A stretch of DNA of 48,924 nt. Source: an uncultured Afifella sp. Lineage in GTDB: Bacteria; Pseudomonadota; Alphaproteobacteria; Rhizobiales; Afifellaceae. The notes under the pieces were generated by a model that saw only the letters and a program-made list of their open reading frames with translations, did not search any database and was not told the origin of the DNA. The stretch lies in the NCBI GenBank assembly GCA_947259045.1, contig CAMYKZ010000019.1, positions 1-48,924 on the forward strand. The letters are read 5' to 3'. The position numbers and the translations under genes are program-made. Positions within the stretch are counted from its first letter, which is position 1. Each line of letters opens with the position of its first letter. This document shows, in pieces, positions 6,316-17,554 of the stretch.

Positions 6316-8739
6316 TCAACTGCGCAATTGTGCACCGGCCGCCTTGGAAACCGCGGCGACGATTTTCTGCGAAACCGCATCAATCTCCTCATCCGTCAGG
6401 GTCTTGTCGCGCGGCTGCAGCGCAATCTCGATGGCGATCGATTTCTGGCCGTCGCCAATGGAACCGCCGGCAAACACGTCGAACACATTAACATCGGTAA
6501 TCAGCGCCTTGTCCGCACCGCGGGCGGCGCGGACGATGTCGCCTGCGGCGACATCAGCCCCGACGATAAAGGCAAGATCCCGGGTCACAGGCTGCAGGTC
6601 AGACGCGTTGAGCGCCGGTCTTGCCGTCCTGGCCGATTTGGGCTGCGGCAGGGCATCCAGGTTGAACTCGAATGCGACGATCGGCCCTGCCACATCCAAT
6701 GCCTTCAGGATCCGCGGATGCACTTCGCCGAACGCGGCAAGCCGGTTCTTGGGCCCCAACTGCATAGAACCGACACGGCCGGGATGGTACCAGGCCGGGC
6801 CGGCGGCGACGGTTTGCAGCGACGCCACGGGCGCGCCGACCGCCTCCAGCACGGCCAGAAGGTCCGCCTTGGCGTCGAACAGATCGACCGGTCTGGACTT
6901 GCTTGCCCAGTGACGGGCGGCATTGGCGCCGGCGCGGATTGCGGACACATGCACCTGCTCGTCGGCGGCTTCCGGGCCGAGATAGATCTGACCCGCCTCG
7001 AACAGGGCGCAACTGTCGAAACCGCGCGCCTGGGCGCGGCCGGCAGCGCTGATCAGGTTAACCAGCAGGGACGGTCGCATATGCGAGAGTTCGGTTGAAA
7101 TCGGATTGTCGAGCGCAACCTCGTCACCGCCGCCGCCAAACAGTTCCGCCTGGTCCTGCGGCAGGAACGACCAGGTGACCGCTTCATTCAGACCGCGGGC
7201 GGCAAGAGCCCGGGCGGCGCGGAAACGCCGCCGCTGCGCGACCGATATCGCCTTGGCCGTGACCAGATCCCTGCGCGGCAGATGCATATGTCCGATCCGG
7301 TCGAGACCGTAAATGCGGATGATTTCTTCGACAAAATCGGCCTCGCCGTGCACGTCCGGCCGCCACTCAGGAGCCAGAACCTCAGCAACGCCGGAACCCT
7401 CGTCGAGGGTGATCTGAAATCCAAGTTCGGTCAGGATGCGAACCTGCTCCTCCACCAGGATGTCAACGCCGGCAAGCGTGCGGACCCGGTCCATGCGCAG
7501 CCGATAGGACGCATTGCGCAGCGGGGCTTCGCCGGCGACAACCAGATGGGACGGCTCGCCGCCGCACAGGCTGAGAATGAGTTCGGTGCCCAGTTCAGCC
7601 CCCGGCTCGACGAATGCCGGGTCGACGCCGCGCTCGAAGCGGTAACGGGCGTCGGTGATGACATTGAGCTTGCGTCCGGTGGTGGCGGTGCGCACCGGAT
7701 CGAACCAGGCCGCTTCAAGAAACACGTTCACGGTCTCATCCGTGCAGCCTGAAGCCAAGCCGCCGATCACGCCGCCGATGGCTTCCGGGCCGGCATCGTC
7801 GGCGATGACTGTCATGGTCTCGTCAAGCGTGTAGGTCTTGCCGTCCAGCGCTTCCAGGCTTTCACCCGCCTCTGCCAGGCGGGCGTGAATGTGTCCGTTC
7901 ACCTTGTCGGCATCGAAGACATGGAGCGGCCGGCCGTAGGTCAGCGTCATGTAATTGGTGATATCGACCAGAGCGGAAATCGGCCGCAGGCCGACGGCAC
8001 GCAGCAACTTCTGCATCCATTCCGGCGACGGTCCGTTTTTCACACCGCGAATATAGCGGCCGACAAAAAGCGGGCAGGGCGTGTTTGCCGGATCATCGAA
8101 CCGGAGCGATACTTCGATCGGGCTGTCAAAGGTCCCGGCGACTGGTTCCGTAGCCAACGGTTTCAGCCGGCCCATCCGCTTTGCCGCCAGATCCCGGGCA
8201 ATACCGTAGACACCAAGAGCATCCGGACGGTTCGGCGTCACGCCGACATCGATGACCGGATCATCCATGCCGGCATAATCGGTGTATTTCATGCCGACCG
8301 GCGCATCCTCAGGCAGATCGATAATACCGTCATGATCTTCCGACAGCATCAGCTCGCGCTCAGAACACAACATTCCGTTTGATTCTTCGCCGCGGATCAC
8401 GCCGGGTTTCAGATCAACCCCGGTGCCCGGGATATGCGCCCCTGCCGGCGCGAACACGCCCTTCATGCCCGTGCGGGCATTGGGTGCGCCGCAGACGACC
8501 TGGATCGGCTTGCCACCGTTGATATCCGGACCGGCATCGACGGTGCAGACCCTGAGCCGGTCGGCATTGGGGTGCTGCCGGGCTTCGATGACATGGGCGA
8601 TCGTGAACGGCGCAAGCGCGTCGGCAGCGCTCGTCAGATCCTCAAGTTCCAGACCGATCATCGTGCAGGCATCGGCAATTTCGCGCGCCGACGCGTCGGT
8701 CTCAAGAAACTGTTTCAGCCAGGACAGGGTGAATTTCAT
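6316..8739 (-). CDS. pheT: Phenylalanine--tRNA ligase beta subunit
   Basis: 807 aa. N-terminus MKFTLSWLKQFLETDASAREIADACTMIGLELE is the canonical PheT start. B3/4 and anticodon-binding regions present. Directly downstream of pheS. Confidence 0.95.
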   Translation of the reverse strand: MKFTLSWLKQFLETDASAREIADACTMIGLELEDLTSAADALAPFTIAHVIEARQHPNADRLRVCTVDAGPDINGGKPIQVVCGAPNARTGMKGVFAPAGAHIPGTGVDLKPGVIRGEESNGMLCSERELMLSEDHDGIIDLPEDAPVGMKYTDYAGMDDPVIDVGVTPNRPDALGVYGIARDLAAKRMGRLKPLATEPVAGTFDSPIEVSLRFDDPANTPCPLFVGRYIRGVKNGPSPEWMQKLLRAVGLRPISALVDITNYMTLTYGRPLHVFDADKVNGHIHARLAEAGESLEALDGKTYTLDETMTVIADDAGPEAIGGVIGGLASGCTDETVNVFLEAAWFDPVRTATTGRKLNVITDARYRFERGVDPAFVEPGAELGTELILSLCGGEPSHLVVAGEAPLRNASYRLRMDRVRTLAGVDILVEEQVRILTELGFQITLDEGSGVAEVLAPEWRPDVHGEADFVEEIIRIYGLDRIGHMHLPRRDLVTAKAISVAQRRRFRAARALAARGLNEAVTWSFLPQDQAELFGGGGDEVALDNPISTELSHMRPSLLVNLISAAGRAQARGFDSCALFEAGQIYLGPEAADEQVHVSAIRAGANAARHWASKSRPVDLFDAKADLLAVLEAVGAPVASLQTVAAGPAWYHPGRVGSMQLGPKNRLAAFGEVHPRILKALDVAGPIVAFEFNLDALPQPKSARTARPALNASDLQPVTRDLAFIVGADVAAGDIVRAARGADKALITDVNVFDVFAGGSIGDGQKSIAIEIALQPRDKTLTDEEIDAVSQKIVAAVSKAAGAQLRS

Positions 8740-8805
8740 TCTATTGGCTTTCCGCTTGTCGGTATGGTCCGTTAACCGGCTGATCCTGCCGCCGGGCTTG
8801 CCTCA

Positions 8806-9879
8806 TCAACTCAGGCCCTCAGCCAGCGTCGGCATCGAAACAGCCGAAAATCCGTAGTGGCGCAGCCATCTGAGGTCGGCCTCGAAAAAGGCGCGAAGAT
8901 CCGGAATGCCGTATTTCAGCATCGCGATGCGGTCGATGCCCATGCCGAAGGCATAACCCTGATATCGCTCGGGATCATATCCGCCGGCGGCGATGACATT
9001 GGGATGGACCATGCCGGAACCGAGAATTTCCAGCCAGTCGTCGCCCTGGCCGATTTTCAGTTCGCCGTTCTCCCACGAACAGCCGATATCGACCTCCATC
9101 GACGGCTCGGTGAACGGAAAATGCGACGGCCGGAAACGCATCTTGATGTCGTCGACTTCGAAAAACGCCTTGCAGAACGCTTCCAGCGTTCCCTTGAGAT
9201 GGCCCATATGGGTGGTTTCGTCGATCACCAGCGCCTCAACCTGATGGAACATCGGCGTGTGGGTCATGTCGGAGTCCGCCCGGAAAGTCCGGCCGGGCGC
9301 GATGATGCGGATCGGAGGTTCCTGCCCTTCCATCGTGCGGATCTGAACCGGAGAGGTATGGGTGCGCAGCACCATGCGCGAGCCGTCGGGCTTTTCCTTC
9401 AGGTAGAACGTGTCATGGTCCTGGCGGGCGGGATGTTCGGGCGGGATGTTCAGCGCGCCGAAATTGTACCAGTCGGTTTCGATATGCGGGCCCTCGGCAA
9501 CGGAAAATCCCATATCGGCGAATATCGCAATCACCTCCTCCATCACCTGGGTGACCGGGTGAATGGTGCCGGCCTGCTCCGGCCTGGCCGGCAAGGTGAC
9601 GTCGACGGTTTCAGACCTGAGCCGCTCTTCCAGCGCCGCTTCGGCGAGCGTATCGCGCCGCGCCTCGATCGCCTCGGCGATGCGGACCTTCAGATTGTTG
9701 AGGGCGGGGCCCGCCGTCTGGCGCTCTTCGGGGCTCATCTTGCCAAGCTTTTTCAATTGCCCTGACACAGACCCCTTCTTGCCAAGCGCCAATACGCGGA
9801 CAGCTTCAAGCGCGGTTTCGCTGCCGGCAGCGGCAATCGAGTCGATCAGATCTTGTTCTAACGTTTCCAGTTCTGACAT
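8806..9879 (-). CDS. pheS: Phenylalanine--tRNA ligase alpha subunit
   Basis: Class II aaRS motifs ([12 protein letters not shown]; [21 protein letters not shown]). Start placed at internal ATG 9879 (MSELETLEQ...) rather than the ORF-track start at 9969. Confidence 0.9.
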   Translation of the reverse strand: MSELETLEQDLIDSIAAAGSETALEAVRVLALGKKGSVSGQLKKLGKMSPEERQTAGPALNNLKVRIAEAIEARRDTLAEAALEERLRSETVDVTLPARPEQAGTIHPVTQVMEEVIAIFADMGFSVAEGPHIETDWYNFGALNIPPEHPARQDHDTFYLKEKPDGSRMVLRTHTSPVQIRTMEGQEPPIRIIAPGRTFRADSDMTHTPMFHQVEALVIDETTHMGHLKGTLEAFCKAFFEVDDIKMRFRPSHFPFTEPSMEVDIGCSWENGELKIGQGDDWLEILGSGMVHPNVIAAGGYDPERYQGYAFGMGIDRIAMLKYGIPDLRAFFEADLRWLRHYGFSAVSMPTLAEGLS

Positions 9880-9983
9880 GATGATGCGTCCTGGCAGGAA
9901 TTTTTGAAATCGGCGCTTTTTAGCAGACCTTTGCGCAAGCGCCAGTCCTACAGACCCAATCGGTCTCATAAAACAAGATCGGC

Positions 9984-10016
9984 CGCAAAAGCAAAAGGGC
10001 GGCAGTGCCGCCCTTC
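9984..10016 (-). terminator. Rho-independent terminator downstream of rplT
   Basis: Minus strand reads GGGCGGCactGCCGCCC (7-bp GC stem) followed by TTTTGCTTTTG, about 30 nt after the rplT stop. Confidence 0.6.
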
Positions 10017-10044
10017 AGATTTTCAGTTCAGGCTCGTTCGAAGT

Positions 10045-10446
10045 CTAGCTGACGGCGCCTTCGAACTCACCGGGGGTAAAGTCCTTCAAATAGGCCAGGG
10101 CGGACTTGGCCTGTTCGGCAAGAGCGGTAAAGGCTTCCGCCTCATGCACGGCCAGATCAGCCAGCACCTTGCGGTCGACTTCGATGCCGGCCTTGTTCAG
10201 GCCATCGATCATCCGGCCATAGGTGAGGCCGTTATCGCGGGCTGCCGCATTGATCCGCTGGATCCACAAAGCCCGGAAGTTGCGCTTGCGGACACGACGG
10301 TCGCGATAGGCGTACTGGCCTGCTTTTTCAACCGCCTGCTTTGCGGCGCGGATCGTGTTCTTGCGCCGGCCATAATACCCTTTGGCCTGTTTGGTGACGT
10401 TCTTGTGTCTGGCGTGAGCTGTCACGCCGCGTTTTACGCGTGCCAT
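10045..10446 (-). CDS. rplT: 50S ribosomal protein L20
   Basis: [39 protein letters not shown]... is canonical L20. The 133-aa length with a C-terminal extension is typical for alphaproteobacteria. Confidence 0.95.
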   Translation of the reverse strand: MARVKRGVTAHARHKNVTKQAKGYYGRRKNTIRAAKQAVEKAGQYAYRDRRVRKRNFRALWIQRINAAARDNGLTYGRMIDGLNKAGIEVDRKVLADLAVHEAEAFTALAEQAKSALAYLKDFTPGEFEGAVS

Positions 10447-10466
10447 TGTTCAGATCTCCTGCTCGC

Positions 10467-10664
10467 TCAACTGTAAGGCATGAACTTGCGGACGATGCGG
10501 GCATCGGGCTCCGACAAGAGTGTTGTGCCACGGGCATTGCGGATGAATTTCTTCGACCGTTTGATCATCATGTGGCGCTTGCCGGCCTGGGCGACTTTTA
10601 TTTTCCCGGTCGCGGTAAACTTGAAGCGCTTCTTGGCGCCTGACTTGGTTTTCATCTTGGGCAT
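10467..10664 (-). CDS. rpmI: 50S ribosomal protein L35
   Basis: [46 protein letters not shown] is canonical L35 (66 aa). Start placed at the internal Met of the longer ORF. Sits 20 nt upstream of rplT. Confidence 0.9.
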   Translation of the reverse strand: MPKMKTKSGAKKRFKFTATGKIKVAQAGKRHMMIKRSKKFIRNARGTTLLSEPDARIVRKFMPYS

Positions 10665-10851
10665 TCTGCTCTCCTTCATTCGGCAATGGCTTTTGCAACC
10701 CTTTGCCGGACTGGGTCTGTTAAAACTGGCTCGATCAATGAGCATTGCGGATCGACACGGCATGCCCTTTCCGCTTTTGCGGAAGCCGGCCTATCCCAAG
10801 CGCGGCCTTATAGCCGCGACATTTGTCTATGGCAAGTCGATTCCGGCCGGT

Positions 10852-11514
10852 TCAGGCTTCTGCTTCGGCCCCGTCAGTCTGCGTTTCGGCGGCAACGTCC
10901 GCCGGAGCATCGGACTGCGCCGGTTCTGCGTCTGCCGCCTTTTCGGTTTTCTCAGGTTTCGCGGCCTGCTTTACCGACGGCAGCGGCGCCAGGATCATGA
11001 TCATCTGGCGGCCTTCGGACTTCGGCGAGAATTCCATTTTGGCAACATCCGCCAGTTCGTCACGAACTTTGTAAAGCACATCAAGGCCGAGATCCTGATG
11101 CGCCATTTCACGGCCTCGGAACCGCATGGTCACCTTGACCTTGTCTTCGTCTTCCAGAAAGCGGCGGGCATTGCGCATCTTCACGTCATAATCATGGGTG
11201 TCGATGTTCGGCCGCATCTTGATTTCCTTGACGTCGACCGTCTTCTGCTTCTTGCGCGCTTCGGCGGCCTTCTTCTGGGCCTGATATTTGAATTTGCCGT
11301 AATCGAGAATCTTCACGACAGGCGGTCGGGAATTGGGAGAAATCTCAACCAGATCCAGCCCGGCTTCATAAGCCATGGCAAGCGCCTGCTGCGTATCGAT
11401 GTCGCCGTGATTGTGTCCATCTTGGTCGATCAGCTGGACCTGTGGGATCCGGATGTCTTCGTTAACGCGGGTTCCGTCCTTGACCGGAGGCGGTGCGCGA
11501 TGAGGTCTGCGAAT
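10852..11514 (-). CDS. infC: Translation initiation factor IF-3, with a non-canonical AUU start and an Ala/acidic C-terminal tail
   Basis: IF3 N- and C-domain motifs ([24 protein letters not shown]; [16 protein letters not shown]; [13 protein letters not shown]; [11 protein letters not shown]). The N-terminus [14 protein letters not shown] matches alphaproteobacterial IF3 starts. The ATT codon at 11514..11512 is preceded by AAGGAG at an 8-nt spacing. Confidence 0.85.
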   Translation of the reverse strand: MRRPHRAPPPVKDGTRVNEDIRIPQVQLIDQDGHNHGDIDTQQALAMAYEAGLDLVEISPNSRPPVVKILDYGKFKYQAQKKAAEARKKQKTVDVKEIKMRPNIDTHDYDVKMRNARRFLEDEDKVKVTMRFRGREMAHQDLGLDVLYKVRDELADVAKMEFSPKSEGRQMIMILAPLPSVKQAAKPEKTEKAADAEPAQSDAPADVAAETQTDGAEAEA

Positions 11515-11686
11515 GGTTAAGTCTCCTTCTTGATATTGAAAAAAGATCCGAATCGTCTTCAAGCGGCTGAATTACGGATCGCTGCTGAAAATCCGGCCAT
11601 TTGGCGCGAGAGTCAACACAAAGTCGGTATCTTTCCGGTTAAGTGTCGCAGGATTGTTTGAACCAAAGGCCGATCAGTGAGCCTTT

Positions 11687-12859
11687 TCAGGCATTTGCGC
11701 CAGCCAGAGCAATATAAAGCGCCAATGTCTGTTCTGCCATGGCAGAGAGTGAAAATCGGCCGGCATGCGCCTTTGCGCGCGCCGCCATCTCCCGTTTCTC
11801 CGTTTCTTCCAGACGAAGCGCCTGATCGATAGCCTCGGCCAGGGCGCCGGAATCGCCTGGCGGAACATGCCAGCCGGTGCGCTGGCCAGGCTCCACTTCC
11901 GGCGGCGCCAGCACCGTTTCAGGCACGGCGCCCAGCGCGGTTACGACAATCGGCACCCCAAGCGCCTGTGCCTCGACGGCTGCGCGGCCAAAGGCCTCCG
12001 GTGATGTCGAGGCAACCACGCTGACGTCGGCCAGGGCAAAAGCGGCGGCGACATCGTCGCAATGGCCGACCATGCGGATCCGGTCCGTCGCCCTGCGTTC
12101 GTCGATCAATGTCTGCAATTGCCGGCGATAGGCGCTGCGGCCCTGGTCGTCGCCGGCCAGGATCACCACAACATTGCCGTGATCGGCCACGGCCGGGCGG
12201 CAGGCCGCTTCGATCAGCACCTGCTGGCCCTTCCAGCTGGTCAATCGGGCGACATTGAGCACAATTCTGTCGGCACCGCCGATTTTCCATTGGCTGCGCA
12301 GGGCCTCGATCCGCTGATCGCCGATGGCTTGCCTCTGAAATCCATCCAGATCCGTGCCCCGGTAGATGACGCGGATCCGGCTTTTGTCGGTGCCATACCG
12401 CGAAACGATCAGATCGGCGGTATAGTTGGAATTGGCGATGATCAGATCGCTGCGCGCCATGACCGAATTGTAGAGCCGCTTCAGCCGTCCCTTTTCGGAA
12501 TAGATGCCATGGTATGTGGTTATCCATGGAACACCCGTGCGGCGGCTTGCCAGCAAGGCCGACCAGGCCGGCGCGCGGCTTCGGGCGTGGATGATGTCGA
12601 CCTTCCGGTCGCGGACCAGTTGCGCAATCCGTCCGGCATTTTTCAGCATGGTCCAAGGATTCTTTGAATCCAGCGGCATCTGCACATGCTCAGCGCCGGT
12701 CGCCAGCAACTCTTCGGCCAGCCGCCCGCCACTGCTTGCCACCAGCGCGCAATGGCCGGCCTGCTGCAGCGCCCGGCTGATATCAACTGCCGTGCGCTCC
12801 GCGCCACCGGTTTCAAGGGACGGTACCAGTTGCAATATGGTCAGGCGGCTTGATGTCAT
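11687..12859 (-). CDS. Glycosyltransferase, GT4/GT1-clan (RfaG-like)
   Basis: C-terminal EX7E-type motif EAFGRAAVEAQALGVPIVV. Rossmann GT-B features. Start chosen at MTSSRLTILQLVPSLETGGAER (ATG 12859), not the longer ORF start at 13042. Confidence 0.75.
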   Translation of the reverse strand: MTSSRLTILQLVPSLETGGAERTAVDISRALQQAGHCALVASSGGRLAEELLATGAEHVQMPLDSKNPWTMLKNAGRIAQLVRDRKVDIIHARSRAPAWSALLASRRTGVPWITTYHGIYSEKGRLKRLYNSVMARSDLIIANSNYTADLIVSRYGTDKSRIRVIYRGTDLDGFQRQAIGDQRIEALRSQWKIGGADRIVLNVARLTSWKGQQVLIEAACRPAVADHGNVVVILAGDDQGRSAYRRQLQTLIDERRATDRIRMVGHCDDVAAAFALADVSVVASTSPEAFGRAAVEAQALGVPIVVTALGAVPETVLAPPEVEPGQRTGWHVPPGDSGALAEAIDQALRLEETEKREMAARAKAHAGRFSLSAMAEQTLALYIALAGANA

Positions 12860-12905
12860 GGTGTGCACCGGATATTCGCATCTGAGGCAGAATGCGAGAG
12901 CAAAA

Positions 12906-13703
12906 ATGACGGATCCAGAGTTGAAGACGCTGAATGTCGGCGAGGGATCGGATGCCCGTGACATCGCCGTGCTGAGGCGGCCGGGCCATGGGCCGGGGCT
13001 AATCTGGCTTGGCGGCTTCAAATCGGACATGGCCGGCAGCAAGGCGGAAGCACTTGACCGATGGGCGGGCGAATACGGCTATGGCTGCACCCGGTTTGAC
13101 TATTCCGGCCATGGCCGTTCCGGCGGAACGTTCCTGGATGGCAGCATTTCGCGCTGGCTGGAGGAAGCGCTGGCGGTGATCGGCAATCTGACCAGCGGGC
13201 CGTCGATCCTGATCGGATCGTCGATGGGCGGCTGGATCGCGCTGCTGGCGGCTCAGGCCCTGCGCCAAGCCGGCGAGGCGGACCGGCTTGCCGGCATGAT
13301 CTTGATCGCGCCGGCCTTCGACATGACCGAAGAGCTGATGTGGAACCGCTTTGACGATCAGGCGCGGGCCGATCTGATGGACAAGGGCGCTTTCAGCCGG
13401 CCTTCCGATTATGACGACGAACCCTATATATTGACCAGGTTACTGATTGAGGACGGCCGCAATCACCTGCTGGGCGCCGGACCGGTCGAAACCGGCTGTC
13501 CGGTGCATATCCTGCAGGGCATGCAGGATCCGGATGTGCCCTGGCACCATGCCACCGGCCTGATGGAAAGGCTGGCCCACGACGATGCCGTTCTGACCCT
13601 GATCGCCGATGGCGATCACCGATTGGCGCGGCCAGCAGACATTGACCGGCTGATCCGTGCCGTTGAGGGGCTGATCGCCCGCTACAAGGCGAAAGAGCGG
13701 TAA
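12906..13703 (+). CDS. Alpha/beta-fold hydrolase
   Basis: Nucleophile elbow GSSMGGW, HGRSGG motif, catalytic-type DGDHRL near the C-terminus. Start at MTDPELKTL within the longer ORF. Confidence 0.7.
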   Translation: MTDPELKTLNVGEGSDARDIAVLRRPGHGPGLIWLGGFKSDMAGSKAEALDRWAGEYGYGCTRFDYSGHGRSGGTFLDGSISRWLEEALAVIGNLTSGPSILIGSSMGGWIALLAAQALRQAGEADRLAGMILIAPAFDMTEELMWNRFDDQARADLMDKGAFSRPSDYDDEPYILTRLLIEDGRNHLLGAGPVETGCPVHILQGMQDPDVPWHHATGLMERLAHDDAVLTLIADGDHRLARPADIDRLIRAVEGLIARYKAKER

Positions 13704-13734
13704 AGACCAGCATCATGGACAGCGACGCTGTTTC

Positions 13735-14457
13735 ATGGCACGGACGATTGCAATGATGACAAAAACCAAGATTTGCGGCCTGAAAGACCGGATTGCGCTG
13801 GAAACCGCCATTGATGCGGGTGCCGATATGGCCGGCTTTGTGTTTTTTGCAAAAAGTCCGCGCAATCTGGGCATGGCGCAGGCCGCTGAACTGTCAAAGG
13901 CCGGTCGCGGCCGTATCAGGCTTGTGGCGCTCACCGTGGATGCCGACGAACGCCTGATCGACGAAATTGCAGAATTTGTGCAACCGGATCTGCTGCAGTT
14001 GCATGGCCGTGAAAGCCCCGACCATATCGCTCGCATGGCGGCGCGCACCGGCCTTGCAACGGTCAAGGCTGTGGGAATTTCCGGGCCTGCCGATCTGGAG
14101 GCGGCGGGCGATTATGCCGGCGTTTGCGATTATCTTCTGCTTGATGCAAAAGCGCCGAAACAGGCCGACCGTCCCGGCGGCCTCGGCGAAGCGTTTGACT
14201 GGACGGTGCTGGAGGGCTACGAGCCCGGTTTGCCGTGGCTTCTGGCCGGCGGACTGACCCCCGACAATGTCGCGGCGGCGCTGGCGATCAGCCATGCGCC
14301 GGGCGTCGATGTGTCATCGGGCGTGGAAAGCGCGCCGGGTGTAAAGGACCCTGACCTGATCAGGGCATTTGTCGCGGCGGTCCGCCGCAACGATGCCGCC
14401 GGTGATGACAAAAGCGACAAGAAAAGCGACAAGAAAGAAGTGAGGTATTCAGCGTGA
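13735..14457 (+). CDS. trpF: Phosphoribosylanthranilate isomerase
   Basis: [34 protein letters not shown] is canonical TrpF. The true start may be the Met at about 13753/13756. The stop overlaps the trpB GTG start (GTGA). Confidence 0.85.
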   Translation: MARTIAMMTKTKICGLKDRIALETAIDAGADMAGFVFFAKSPRNLGMAQAAELSKAGRGRIRLVALTVDADERLIDEIAEFVQPDLLQLHGRESPDHIARMAARTGLATVKAVGISGPADLEAAGDYAGVCDYLLLDAKAPKQADRPGGLGEAFDWTVLEGYEPGLPWLLAGGLTPDNVAAALAISHAPGVDVSSGVESAPGVKDPDLIRAFVAAVRRNDAAGDDKSDKKSDKKEVRYSA

Positions 14458-15689
14458 GCGCGCCAACAGCAGCCGAAACGGCTCTCAATTCCTTCCGCAA
14501 CGGACCCGACGAGCAAGGCCGATTTGGCCTTTATGGCGGCCGTTTTGTCGCCGAAACCCTGATGCCCAATATTCTGGAGCTCGATCAGGCTTACGAGACC
14601 GCCAAGGCCGACCCGGCCTTCCACGAGGAGCTGAAGCAGCTCGGCACGCATTATACCGGCCGGCCAAGCCCGCTCTATTTCGCCGAACGGATCAGCGAAC
14701 ATCTGGGCGGCGCAAAAGTCTATTTCAAGCGCGACGAACTCAACCATACCGGTTCGCACAAGATCAACAATTGCCTTGGCCAGATCCTGCTGGCCAAACG
14801 CATGGGCAAGACGCGGATCATTGCCGAGACAGGCGCCGGCCAACATGGCGTTGCTGCGGCCACCGTGTCGGCGCGGTTCGGGTTTCCCTGTTTCGTCTAT
14901 ATGGGCAAGACCGATACCGAACGGCAGAAACCGAACGTCTTCCGCATGAAATTGCTCGGCGCCGAAGTGACCCCCGTAACGGCCGGCGCCGGCACCCTGA
15001 AGGACGCCATGAACGAGGCGCTGCGCGACTGGGTCACCAATGTGGAAGACACCTATTACATCATCGGCACGGCAGCGGGACCGCATCCCTATCCGGCCAT
15101 GGTGCGCGATTTCCAGTCGGTGATCGGCGAAGAAACCAAAGTGCAGATCATGGAGGCGGAAGGCCGGCTGCCGGACGCCATCATTGCCTGCCTGGGCGGC
15201 GGTTCGAATGCCATCGGCCTGTTTCACCCGTTCCTGGATGACAAGGACGTCGCCATCTACGGCGTCGAAGCCGGCGGCAAGGGGCTGGATGGCGAAGAAC
15301 ATTGCGCATCGCTGAATGCCGGCGCGCCCGGTGTCCTGCACGGCAACCGCACCTACCTACTGCAGGATGGTGACGGCCAGATCAAGGAAGGCCATTCCAT
15401 CTCCGCCGGACTGGATTATCCCGGCATCGGCCCGGAACATTCCTGGCTGCGTGACAGCGGCCGCGTGACCTATCTTTCGGCAACCGACGACGAGGCGCTG
15501 GAAGCCTTCCAGCTGTGTACCAGGCTGGAAGGCATTATTCCGGCGCTTGAGCCGGCCCACGCGCTGGCGCAGGTGATAAAACTTGCGCCTGAGATGGACC
15601 GGGACCAGATTATCGTCATGAATCTTTGCGGCCGTGGCGACAAGGATGTCTTCACCGTGGCCGAACATCTCAATGTGGAAATTGCATGA
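14454..15689 (+). CDS. trpB: Tryptophan synthase beta chain
   Basis: PLP-lysine motif HTGSHKINN and [11 protein letters not shown] start overlaps the trpF stop. The stop overlaps the trpA ATG (ATGA). Confidence 0.95.
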   Translation: MSAPTAAETALNSFRNGPDEQGRFGLYGGRFVAETLMPNILELDQAYETAKADPAFHEELKQLGTHYTGRPSPLYFAERISEHLGGAKVYFKRDELNHTGSHKINNCLGQILLAKRMGKTRIIAETGAGQHGVAAATVSARFGFPCFVYMGKTDTERQKPNVFRMKLLGAEVTPVTAGAGTLKDAMNEALRDWVTNVEDTYYIIGTAAGPHPYPAMVRDFQSVIGEETKVQIMEAEGRLPDAIIACLGGGSNAIGLFHPFLDDKDVAIYGVEAGGKGLDGEEHCASLNAGAPGVLHGNRTYLLQDGDGQIKEGHSISAGLDYPGIGPEHSWLRDSGRVTYLSATDDEALEAFQLCTRLEGIIPALEPAHALAQVIKLAPEMDRDQIIVMNLCGRGDKDVFTVAEHLNVEIA

Positions 15690-16543
15690 GCGAAACCCGT
15701 ATCGACCGGACATTCCGGAAACTGAACAAAGCGGCACGGCCGGGCCTTGTCACCTTCATCACGGCAGGCGATCCTGATCCGCAGACCAGCCTCGATATCC
15801 TCAGGGCGCTGCCGGCGGCCGGCGCCGATATCGTCGAACTCGGCATGCCGTTTTCCGATCCGATGGCCGACGGCCCGGCTATCCAGGCGGCGGGCCTGCG
15901 TGCGCTGAAGGCCGGCCAGACCATGATCCGGACGCTGGAAATGGTGCGCGCCTTCCGGCAGGATGATCAGGAAACGCCGATCGTGCTGATGGGTTATTAC
16001 AATCCGATCTATATTTACGGCCCTGAGCGTTTCCTGAAAGACGCCAGGGAGGCCGGTGTCGACGGTCTGATCATCGTCGACCTGCCGCCGGAGGAAGACG
16101 ATGAATTATGCATCCCGGCACTTGAAGCCGGCATCAATTTCATTCGCCTGGCGACACCCACGACCGATGATATCCGGCTGCCGGCTGTGCTCGCCAATAC
16201 GTCCGGGTTTGTCTATTACGTATCGATCACCGGGATTACCGGCGCGGCATCGCCGGACACTATGCAGGTTGCCGGCGCCGTCGACCGGATCAAGCGCCAC
16301 ACCGACCTGCCGGTAGCGGTTGGATTTGGTGTCCGCAGCGCCGAGCAGGCGGCGGCGATCGGCAGAAACGCAGATGCCGTGGTTGTCGGTTCGGCTATCG
16401 TGTCGGCGATCGCCGATACGCTGGACGGTGACGGCTGCGCGACGACGGGAACCGTTGCCGCGGTGACCGATCTGGTCGGCAGCCTTGCCCAGGGCGTGCG
16501 CGCATCCCGGCTGATGGCAGACAATATGGAGACGCAAGCGTGA
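15686..16543 (+). CDS. trpA: Tryptophan synthase alpha chain
   Basis: [43 protein letters not shown] and [10 protein letters not shown] are canonical TrpA motifs. Start is the ATG at 15686. Confidence 0.9.
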   Translation: MSETRIDRTFRKLNKAARPGLVTFITAGDPDPQTSLDILRALPAAGADIVELGMPFSDPMADGPAIQAAGLRALKAGQTMIRTLEMVRAFRQDDQETPIVLMGYYNPIYIYGPERFLKDAREAGVDGLIIVDLPPEEDDELCIPALEAGINFIRLATPTTDDIRLPAVLANTSGFVYYVSITGITGAASPDTMQVAGAVDRIKRHTDLPVAVGFGVRSAEQAAAIGRNADAVVVGSAIVSAIADTLDGDGCATTGTVAAVTDLVGSLAQGVRASRLMADNMETQA

Positions 16544-17550
16544 ATTGGATCCAGAACGTCGTTCGTCCGAAAATCAGCAATTTCTGGACGAAGCGGGAAA
16601 CGCCTGAAAATCTCTGGATCAAATGTCCCGAGTCCGGCGAGATGGTCTTCCACAAAGACCTGGAAATGAACCAGTTCGTCTTTCCCGATTCCAATTATCA
16701 CCAGCGGATCAATGCCAGCACGCGGTTCCGGCTGCTGTTTGACAATGATGAATATGAAAAGATCGCACTTCCGCCGGTCGCGACCGACCCGCTGAAATTC
16801 CGCGACGAACGCCGTTATACCGAACGGCTGAAAGCAGCGCGGGCGAAAACCGGCATGGAAGACGCAGTACTGGCCGGTGTAGGCCTCGTGGAAGGCGTGG
16901 AATTGACCGCCGCCGTGCAGGATTTCGATTTTATGGGCGGATCGCTCGGCATGGCTGCCGGCGAGGCGATCATCGTTGCCGCCGAAGCCGCATGTGACCG
17001 TCAGCTGCCGTTTGTGCTGTTTGCCGCCTCCGGCGGCGCGCGCATGCAGGAGGGTATTCTTTCGCTGATGCAGCTGCCACGCACGACGGTGGCCGTGCAG
17101 CGGCTTCGCGAAGCCGGCCTTCCCTATATCGTCGTTCTGACAAACCCGACCACCGGCGGCGTTACGGCCTCCTATGCCATGCTCGGCGACGTGCAGATTG
17201 CCGAACCCGGCGCACTCGTCGGTTTTGCCGGCCCGCGGGTCATCGAACAGACGATACGCGAGAAACTGCCCGATGGTTTCCAGCGCGCCGAATATCTGAT
17301 GGAACACGGCATGGTGGACATGGTCGTGCATCGCCATGAGCTGAAAAGCACCATCGCCCGGCTCTGCCGTTTGCTCACCGGCCTGCCGGAGCCGGCGGTC
17401 GCGGAGCCGGATACGCCTGCAGGCAGCAGCATCGATGCGATCAGCGATGTTCTGGAAACCCCAGAGACCAGACCGGCAGAGACCAGACCGGCAGAGGCCG
17501 GGGCCGGCGGTGCAGATGCCAAATCCGGCATCCCGCCTGCCACAAGCTAG
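16540..17550 (+). CDS. accD: Acetyl-CoA carboxylase carboxyltransferase beta subunit
   Basis: N-terminal Zn-ribbon-like [10 protein letters not shown]. Carboxyltransferase motifs ([10 protein letters not shown]...SGGARMQEG). GTG start overlaps the trpA stop. Classic trpA-accD-folC arrangement. Confidence 0.9.
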   Translation: MNWIQNVVRPKISNFWTKRETPENLWIKCPESGEMVFHKDLEMNQFVFPDSNYHQRINASTRFRLLFDNDEYEKIALPPVATDPLKFRDERRYTERLKAARAKTGMEDAVLAGVGLVEGVELTAAVQDFDFMGGSLGMAAGEAIIVAAEAACDRQLPFVLFAASGGARMQEGILSLMQLPRTTVAVQRLREAGLPYIVVLTNPTTGGVTASYAMLGDVQIAEPGALVGFAGPRVIEQTIREKLPDGFQRAEYLMEHGMVDMVVHRHELKSTIARLCRLLTGLPEPAVAEPDTPAGSSIDAISDVLETPETRPAETRPAEAGAGGADAKSGIPPATS

Positions 17551-17554
17551 AGAC

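Noticed and set aside
9984-10016. Hairpin between pheS and rplT as an attenuator for pheST
   Set aside because: It lies immediately downstream of rplT with a U-tract. That fits a simple terminator for the infC-rpmI-rplT operon. No leader-peptide ORF (pheM-like) is visible.
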